A stretch of DNA of 26,866 nucleotides from a virus (Duplodnaviria; Caudoviricetes). The notes under the pieces were generated by a model. The model ran no database searches, was not told the DNA's origin, and saw only the letters and a list, made by a program, of their open reading frames with translations. The DNA is taken from IMG/VR virus record IMGVR_UViG_3300037484_000747, positions 1 through 26,866 of that record; one strand, 5' to 3'. The translations under genes and the position numbers were made by a program. Numbering within the stretch: the stretch's first letter is position 1; each line of letters opens with the position of its first letter. Below, piece after piece: positions 16,831-22,750 of this stretch.

Positions 16831-17277
16831 CTAGTCTAATACCATGCCGTTTGGAGCGACGTTTTCTAGCGCATCGTCGGCGTCGTTCGGTCGCGTCGGT
16901 TCGCTGGCAAGGATGGCGTCGGCATCCATCAGCGCGATTTGACTTGCAATCTCGTCATCGATGGCGCTCTCATCCTTGGCCGGTCGATACCCCGCAGGTT
17001 TGTCAGCGAACAGATAAATCGTCGGCCCACCGCGCCCGGCTACCGTAGCAACGACTTCCTGCCGTTCCAATTCTTTGACGCATTCGATGGCGTCAAGGGT
17101 TGGAAAAGCTTTTCGCAGCTTGTCGTTGAACTTCGACCAGCGAACATGTACCCCTAAGTACGGTTCGCCGGTTTTGACGTTCACTTTGTTGTGCTTCCGA
17201 AGCACCTTTATGCTTGCGATGACGTGCAACTTGACGGCACGTTCTTGATCCGCGTTTGCAAATACCGAATTTTCCAT
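16831..17277 (-). CDS. First leftward gene; possible winged-helix-like protein with acidic tail
   Basis: AAGGAG RBS; helices followed by VVATVAGRGGPTIYL hairpin; D/E-rich C-terminus. Confidence 0.65.
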   Translation of the reverse strand: MENSVFANADQERAVKLHVIASIKVLRKHNKVNVKTGEPYLGVHVRWSKFNDKLRKAFPTLDAIECVKELERQEVVATVAGRGGPTIYLFADKPAGYRPAKDESAIDDEIASQIALMDADAILASEPTRPNDADDALENVAPNGMVLD

Positions 17278-17355
17278 AACCTTTTTCTCCTTTTGCGCTA
17301 GTGCGCCTTTTTGATCGGTAGCTGCCGACTCAGGGTGGCGATATTGCCTATCGTT

Positions 17356-17390
17356 TCAAGCTGATATGCTCCAAGGAGCATACCAGATTG
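17356..17390 (-). other. Leader RNA hairpin
   Basis: Minus strand TCAATCTGGTATGCTCC-TT-GGAGCATATCAGCTTGA. Confidence 0.6.
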
Positions 17391-17623
17391 ACGCGGTAGA
17401 TTATGACTGTGGGATGCAATGCTCGATTTCATTTATTCGGTTACGGAGCAATTGTACATCGCAAAGGTCAAAGTCAGCAAGGACTAATTGTTTTTGAAAT
17501 GTCTTGATAAGTTCCTGTTTTGACATTGAATTGCCTCATTTCTGCGCGATTGCGCTATTGTGCTGGATAACGCCGGACTCGTTTGGAGCTAGGTTGCTCC
17601 GCCTAATTGTAAGTAAGTGAAAT

Positions 17624-17978
17624 TGCAGTATAGGTGCCATATAGGGAAAAATGCGCCAATTGCGCTGACCACGAAGAGAGCAACCGCGATGCCAAAGTGC
17701 TTTCGGGTGCTTCCGGGCGCTCGCTGGCAGTTCCGCACCCACTTTTGGCACAGGTTTTGCATTGCGTGTCAATTCGGCATGTCACAAGGTGGCAAAGCAG
17801 CGGCAACCGTGGCAAAACGGGTGCAATGCTGGCAAACGGTGGCAAAGTGCCTTGGAGTGCCATCGAGTGCCATCAGCGTCCCTGGCACACATCTTGCAAT
17901 TGCAATCGCCGTGCCATCGGGCATGAGCGCCCGATTCCCCGGTTGGCACACAACTTGCTAGCTGCAAATATCGTGCCA
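17624..17978. promoter_or_regulatory. Cluster of sigma-54 (RpoN) -24/-12 consensus sites
   Basis: Exact TGGCAC-N5-TTGCW at 17746-17761(+), 17883-17898(+), 17901-17916(-), 17944-17959(+) and 17963-17978(-); one mismatch at 17624-17639(-) and 17679-17694(-). Confidence 0.8.
17790..17872. repeat. Approximately 10 bp-phased TGGCAA / GTGCC repeats
   Basis: TGGCAA at 17790, 17810, 17830 and 17840; GTGCC at 17847, 17857 and 17867. Confidence 0.7.
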
Positions 17979-18099
17979 ACGCGCGGTGGAGTGATTTCAC
18001 GCCCACATTTTGTGCCCCAACCACCGCCTACCCCCACCCCCCTGGCACGCCATATGGTCCGTGAGGTAGCTGGTCGATTTTGGAAATGGTAGTCGGGGG

Positions 18100-18128
18100 T
18101 TGACTTCCTCCCTACGATGTATTATATT
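18100..18128 (+). promoter_or_regulatory. Sigma70-type promoter of the right arm
   Basis: TTGACT, 17 bp spacer, TATATT, followed by AGGAGG RBS at 18135. Confidence 0.75.
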
Positions 18129-18148
18129 GAAATTAGGAGGTAACGATT

Positions 18149-18307
18149 ATGATTGACTTTATTGAATGCCCAATATGCCATTACGAAAAGGCAGGTAAAA
18201 TATTGAATCCAGTACGAATTTGCTTTGGTACTCATACTCAATCGCCGCACTACGAATGCTATTGTGGAAAGTGTGGTCATACGTGGAAGGAACTGGTAAA
18301 TGCTTGA
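18149..18307 (+). CDS. Zinc-ribbon microprotein (52 aa), TFIIS-C-like pattern
   Basis: Hand-translated MIDFIECPICHYEKAGKILNPVRICFGTHTQSPHYECYCGKCGHTWKELVNA; strong RBS. Confidence 0.7.
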   Translation: MIDFIECPICHYEKAGKILNPVRICFGTHTQSPHYECYCGKCGHTWKELVNA

Positions 18308-18581
18308 ACTCAAAAAATACGAACGCCAGAACATCAAACGACGCTACGGCTGCGATTGGCAAACGTATATGCGATCGTATGAAATCCAACAAGGCAAATG
18401 TGCAATGTGCAACGAACTCCCCGGAGCACGCGGTCTAAAAGCCGACACGAAACGCAGACGATTTTCAGCAACGCATTTCAAGCTTTTGTGTCCTCATTGT
18501 TACTACGTTATCCAGCATTGGATAAAAGATGACAAGCGATCCCAAATCAAGGCGTATATGTGCCTGGATGACCCAGAATGA
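18300..18581 (+). CDS. Degenerate endonuclease VII-like zinc protein
   Basis: RRYG...Y...QQGKCAMC ... LLCPHC aligns with 26414-26737 but lacks DHDH and the Asn after the second CxxC. Confidence 0.65.
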   Translation: MLELKKYERQNIKRRYGCDWQTYMRSYEIQQGKCAMCNELPGARGLKADTKRRRFSATHFKLLCPHCYYVIQHWIKDDKRSQIKAYMCLDDPE

Positions 18582-18680
18582 CCAAACTCAATTTTAGGGT
18601 AGTCAGTAGAATTGCTTCCTTTATACATTAACTAATTTCAAATCGAGATTTCTCAATAAAATCAATGGTAGTGCGACAGG

Positions 18681-18877
18681 GTGGGAAAGTGACCAAAAAC
18701 TCTTCCCGGATGACTTCCCACGACGACTCAAGCATGCGGAATCATTCGCGAATCAAGTTTCAAAAGTGGGAAGATGACCGAATTTTTGGGCGACGGCGGA
18801 TGATTTTTTCAACCTCGACTTCCCACCAGAGATACGCGGAATCGTTGATGAAACCAATCAAATCCCAAGCGTGGGAA
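18681..18877. repeat. Five alternating GTGGGAA/TTCCCAC motifs in imperfect ~105 bp duplicated units
   Basis: Motifs at 18681(+), 18715(-), 18766(+), 18820(-) and 18871(+). Confidence 0.7.
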
Positions 18878-19019
18878 ATCACTCCTATATAAGAGAGATG
18901 TCACCCACCCAAAACTCATACAGCGGAACTGACGGGAGTATAACTTCGGAAAGACTGCCGGGACGTAAACGTCCCTGGCGTCTTCCACAAAGATTATACT
19001 AAGCGAAATGAGGTTCCCA

Positions 19020-19235
19020 ATGGCACGAACTTGGCACCATACACCATTCAAGCATCGGAAGTTCGAATATGAGTTCGAACGCTGGACCTGGCTTTGGAAC
19101 GAACCTAAAGCTTGGAGGAAGATCATGAAGCATCGTCGTCGGCGTGCTGTCGTCAGGCATTTGCTAGGTTCCCGAAAAGATTGGGATAACATCGCATGGC
19201 CATTAGATACGAAACCTTGGATATATTATTGGTAG
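19020..19235 (+). CDS. Small basic Trp-rich protein
   Basis: MARTWHH...EPKAWRKIMKHRRRRA...PWIYYW; GAGG RBS before 19020. Confidence 0.6.
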   Translation: MARTWHHTPFKHRKFEYEFERWTWLWNEPKAWRKIMKHRRRRAVVRHLLGSRKDWDNIAWPLDTKPWIYYW

Positions 19236-19403
19236 AAAAACTGGTATGTTTTTCCTCCAACGAAATGACGTAAGCTTGCAATACTAAAAGTGATTCTCCA
19301 AAGGGGGTGATCCGAATGCCACAAGACCCACCAATAGGGACTCCGTGGACGTAATCGTGGGGGGTGCGCATCCACTTGAAAACACGCACGAATTTAAAAC
19401 ACC

Positions 19404-19432
19404 TTGACAAACAAACAAAACGGTGTTATATT
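19404..19432 (+). promoter_or_regulatory. Strong sigma70-type promoter of the packaging operon
   Basis: TTGACA, 17 bp spacer, extended -10 TG-T-TATATT. Confidence 0.8.
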
Positions 19433-19464
19433 AAAAGTACCAGGTATGACTTCGAGTAACGACA

Positions 19465-19665
19465 GTGATTCTATGCAAGTTCTGTAAATCCGAACAACCG
19501 AACTGGCGATCGTTGCGAATTCATTGTGATATCCAGCATCATCGCGAATATGTCGCTGTTGAAGAATGGCTAGGCAAAACGGTTAAAGTGCGGTTGCAAT
19601 CACTTGAACAAGTTGCTAAAGAAGGTTTGGTTGGGCATCAGGAGATCAGGTACTTAGATCAATGA
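19465..19665 (+). CDS. C2H2-type zinc finger protein (paralog of 849-1073)
   Basis: CKFCKSE...LRIHCDIQHHREYV. Confidence 0.7.
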   Translation: MILCKFCKSEQPNWRSLRIHCDIQHHREYVAVEEWLGKTVKVRLQSLEQVAKEGLVGHQEIRYLDQ

Positions 19666-20081
19666 CACCAACCAATGAAAATATCCTTGGTGTGAATCCT
19701 GAAGATTATCGCACATGTAAACGATGCAAACGCCTGAAGCATATCGATGAATACAGACCGATGCCAGGTGGCAGGAAGTCGCCGGTTTGTTCAGGTTGTC
19801 AGGCTGAAAGGCTTAGAGAAACCAAAGTCTTAGGCAAAGATGATTCGAACCAGCGCGCGTGGATCGTCGGCGAACTGATCAAACAGTACCGATCGACCGA
19901 TAAACAAACCGATAAGATACGATGCTTGGAGGCGCTGGCAAAACTTCTACCACCAGAATCAAAGACACCTTTAGATGACCAAAATGTAATCCAAAGTCTA
20001 ATGAAGAGTTTGGAAACCAAAAAGCGGAAAGCAAGAGAAGCAAAAGAAGATGCCGGAACCAACCCAAGTCCAGAAGCCTAA
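19662..20081 (+). CDS. Putative terminase small subunit with N-terminal Zn ribbon
   Basis: Position before the TerL parts; DKIRCLEALAKLL resembles the TerS oligomerisation helix; CKRC...CSGC. Confidence 0.5.
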   Translation: MTPTNENILGVNPEDYRTCKRCKRLKHIDEYRPMPGGRKSPVCSGCQAERLRETKVLGKDDSNQRAWIVGELIKQYRSTDKQTDKIRCLEALAKLLPPESKTPLDDQNVIQSLMKSLETKKRKAREAKEDAGTNPSPEA

Positions 20082-20880
20082 CGAAGAAGGGTTCGTCCTG
20101 CTTCGGTTGCATTATTCGGCTGACCCCGAAAAGACCGAGAAGTGGGCATCGAAGGCAAAGCAGGAATATCCAACAGAAGATTGGGACCGTGAATTTGAAC
20201 TCAAACCAGTCGGGCATAAGGATTCGTATCCAGTGTTCGGTGATTACAAACGAATACTTCACGAAGACGAAAACTTGGTATGGCTACCGTCGAAAGGCAA
20301 AGTAATCTATCGCGGTTGGGATTTTGGAAAAGTCCATCCGTGCGTTGAATTTGCGCAATGCTTTGGAAACTCCAAGAACTACCTTGACGAACTATACGGC
20401 AGCAATATTTTGTTCGAACCTTTTATTCAGCAAGTTCTTGGGCATTCGAGCGTAAACTTCCCTGGCTGTACGTTTGTCGATTGGGTTGACGTTTCTGGCC
20501 GTAACGAAGACGCCTGGGGAAATTCGTCGATTCGCTCGATGCGATTGTACGGACTCCACCCACGCGGCGGGGAACAGTTGGTTGAAGACGGAATCCGGCT
20601 TATGTGCCAAGATATGGTCCGGCTCGAAGACGGGCATCCATATATTCGGCTGAACCCATTGAAGTGCGTCCAACTTGCGAATGCTTGTCGCGGTGGATTA
20701 AAACGAAACAAAAAGGGCGAGATAATCAAAGATGGTATTCATGACCATCCAGTTGACGCGGCACGATATTTGTATCAAGGTTTAGGTAGTGATACTGCAA
20801 AAGATTGGTCGAAGATCAGGGATAAACTGAAGAATCAGTATGGGAAGTTTCCGAAAGATGGACGGCAAGTACGACGATAA
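20050..20880 (+). CDS. terL: Terminase large subunit, C-terminal linker and RNase H-like nuclease domain (stand-alone gene)
   Basis: LHYSADP...WDREFE linker, IYRGWDFG, WVDVSG and HDHPVDAARY catalytic motifs; no Walker motifs. Confidence 0.88.
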   Translation: MPEPTQVQKPNEEGFVLLRLHYSADPEKTEKWASKAKQEYPTEDWDREFELKPVGHKDSYPVFGDYKRILHEDENLVWLPSKGKVIYRGWDFGKVHPCVEFAQCFGNSKNYLDELYGSNILFEPFIQQVLGHSSVNFPGCTFVDWVDVSGRNEDAWGNSSIRSMRLYGLHPRGGEQLVEDGIRLMCQDMVRLEDGHPYIRLNPLKCVQLANACRGGLKRNKKGEIIKDGIHDHPVDAARYLYQGLGSDTAKDWSKIRDKLKNQYGKFPKDGRQVRR

Positions 20881-21101
20881 TGAAGAAGCCGAAGATCAAT
20901 TTTTCGGACGTTATCCAAGTCAAAGATGGCGAACCGTATCGTTGGTATCGCCGTACTGATGGAACATATGTTGAATGTTCGGTTTGTTGTGACTGCCAAC
21001 TTGTTCATACTATTGAAATGAAACCAAATAAGCGGTATATGCGTGTGAAGGTTTGGCGAGAAGAAGAAAAAACCAAGGAGTTACGAAAACGAAAACGATG
21101 A
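20880..21101 (+). CDS. Small basic zinc-binding protein (CCDCxLVH motif)
   Basis: CSVCCDCQLVH; TAATG overlap with the nuclease gene. Confidence 0.7.
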   Translation: MKKPKINFSDVIQVKDGEPYRWYRRTDGTYVECSVCCDCQLVHTIEMKPNKRYMRVKVWREEEKTKELRKRKR

Positions 21102-21487
21102 AACAGTTATTTGCAGCACTAAGTTTGGTATTTCTGCTTTCGTTTGGTGGTATTGGGGAATCACAAACCAAAAGCCAGTTCCCCAAGATAGATCAAAAAA
21201 CGGCAGTTGGTGTAATCGTAGAATTCTGCCCCGATGATACTTTGATTACGTTGACGGGATTTGGCATCAAAGACGATCTGGAATTTTTGGTTTATTCGGT
21301 TGATTCTGTTGTATTCGCAATTGTTCAGTTTGTGAAGGGTGATGAAAACCTAAATGCGTCTGCTATTTATGTTTTGCGCCCTGACGGTATTGTTGAGAAA
21401 TACCTTCCTTCCGAGTTCAAGAAAATTGAAAAACCTTGCGAAACACGAAAAGCGTTGGGATTAAAAAATCGAAACAATAATTTCTAA
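21098..21487 (+). CDS. Predicted secreted/periplasmic protein
   Basis: Start at 21098 after AAGGAG; signal peptide MKQLFAALSLVFLLSFGGIGESQ. Confidence 0.65.
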   Translation: MKQLFAALSLVFLLSFGGIGESQTKSQFPKIDQKTAVGVIVEFCPDDTLITLTGFGIKDDLEFLVYSVDSVVFAIVQFVKGDENLNASAIYVLRPDGIVEKYLPSEFKKIEKPCETRKALGLKNRNNNF

Positions 21488-22177
21488 ATGCAGTTCTCTC
21501 GAAATGAAGCACTTCAGTTTATTGCTGAAGACTTACACGAAGCGGGTAGTGAGATACTTTACTTTGCTGATCATATTTGGACACATGATCCTCATGCAAA
21601 AGGTACGAAGATAGTAAAGCTGCCGATATGGAAAACGTACATACCAAAACTTTTGACTCTATCGGCAAATCATCCTCGGCTGGCGATATACAAATCTCGG
21701 CAGATGATGGTCACGTGGCTTATTTGTATAGTATGTCTTTGGGAAGCGTTGTTCAAACCGGGAAGCCATATCGCGCTTATCTCGATGAAAGAGGAAGACG
21801 CGGGGAAGCTGATCGGGCGAATGAAATTAATGTTCGAGCATTTGCCTGCACATTGGTTGTTGGGCCTGCCGGAACCGAAGTATTACAGGGGTAAAAAGGG
21901 AATCATTTTGCGAATGGTCGTGCCACACTTCAATGGCGAACCCGAAAGTGTAATTCAGGCATATCCACAAAACGGAAACCCTGGACGATCTGAAACCTTA
22001 TCATTGTGTTATTGGGATGAAGTAGGAGAATGTGACGACGCCGAAGCGAGAAACATGTACGCTGCCTTGAGACCAACCTTGGAAAACGGCGGACGGTTGA
22101 TTATGAGTTCAACTCCGCCGCGTTCTGAAGAACATTTTTGGGAAGCGTTTTGTCGCGGTGATTATTTTGGTGGATAA
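21488..22177 (+). CDS. terL: Terminase large subunit, N-terminal ATPase domain (stand-alone gene)
   Basis: AIYKSRQMMVTW (Walker A variant), GRS, LCYWDEV (Walker B with catalytic E) and IMSSTP (motif C); ends before the nuclease domain. Confidence 0.88.
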   Translation: MQFSRNEALQFIAEDLHEAGSEILYFADHIWTHDPHAKGTKIVKLPIWKTYIPKLLTLSANHPRLAIYKSRQMMVTWLICIVCLWEALFKPGSHIALISMKEEDAGKLIGRMKLMFEHLPAHWLLGLPEPKYYRGKKGIILRMVVPHFNGEPESVIQAYPQNGNPGRSETLSLCYWDEVGECDDAEARNMYAALRPTLENGGRLIMSSTPPRSEEHFWEAFCRGDYFGG

Positions 22178-22470
22178 TGATTTGGCTGAGTAAAGTAAAA
22201 GCGAAGTTTCGTTGTATGCGTGATGCGCGTGGTCGAACGTCGTGGACACATACATTGGCAATACCAATCGTAATTGCGATTACAATAAAGATGCTTTGTA
22301 GTGGAATTGACCTGACAATCCCCGGTGGATACCGTATTACTACGGCATCTGTTCTTGCTGTTGATTACGTTGAGATGATAAAATATTGGATTGGCTTGTT
22401 TTTCGCAAGAGAAACAACCGAAAAAGTTATCGATTATTTGGCGGAGAAAAATGGGAGCAGCAATACTTAG
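22177..22470 (+). CDS. Putative holin
   Basis: DARGRTSWT followed by two hydrophobic segments; lies at the head of the spanin/endolysin cassette. Confidence 0.55.
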   Translation: MIWLSKVKAKFRCMRDARGRTSWTHTLAIPIVIAITIKMLCSGIDLTIPGGYRITTASVLAVDYVEMIKYWIGLFFARETTEKVIDYLAEKNGSSNT

Positions 22471-22750
22471 TTTACTTGGCCCGTTGCTTGGACCGATTCT
22501 CGCAGTGATTGCAGCACTGGCTGCATTCGCGGCATTTTATTTCGGCATCAAGCGTAAGGGTGTCCTTCAAGAACGTGAGAAACAAGAAGCACAAAGAATT
22601 CAAGAAGTTGCCAAAGTGCAGGCGAAGGTCCAAGAAGCAACTTCTAAAGATACCGAAATTGATACAAAGGTAGCAAATGAAATTGAGCAGATTAAAACGG
22701 ACGTTGGCAAGCAGCCTACTTCTGATAAGCCTGATATTTTCAGGTTCTAG
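22451..22750 (+). CDS. Putative inner-membrane spanin (Rz-like)
   Basis: Start MGAAILSLL after GGAG; N-terminal TM segment then coiled coil; overlapped by a lipoprotein gene. Confidence 0.7.
   Translation: MGAAILSLLGPLLGPILAVIAALAAFAAFYFGIKRKGVLQEREKQEAQRIQEVAKVQAKVQEATSKDTEIDTKVANEIEQIKTDVGKQPTSDKPDIFRF

Noticed and set aside
17498-17510. IHF-like site TATCAAGACATTT on the minus strand near the sigma54 boxes
   Set aside because: Imperfect match to a degenerate consensus; not supportable without a PWM scan or footprint.
17624-17978. TGGCAC repeats as a mini CRISPR array
   Set aside because: Conserved parts are only 6+5 bp, occur in both orientations and are irregularly spaced.
17536-18092. 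Overlapping ORFs in the divergence region
   Set aside because: No RBS or recognisable motifs; best explained as by-products of GC-rich repeats.
19021-19036. Extra sigma54-like site TGGCACGAACTTGGCA
   Set aside because: Isolated, mismatched at -12 and inside a coding start (MARTWH); may be chance.
20005-20081. Programmed frameshift fusing the TerS candidate to the nuclease
   Set aside because: The nuclease is in the +1 frame; the only slippery-looking run (C AAA AAG) would give -1.
20050-22177. Split terL explained by intron, intein or frameshift
   Set aside because: Domain order is reversed, no intein terminal motifs or intron-like sequence are visible, and the gap is filled with coupled ORFs.
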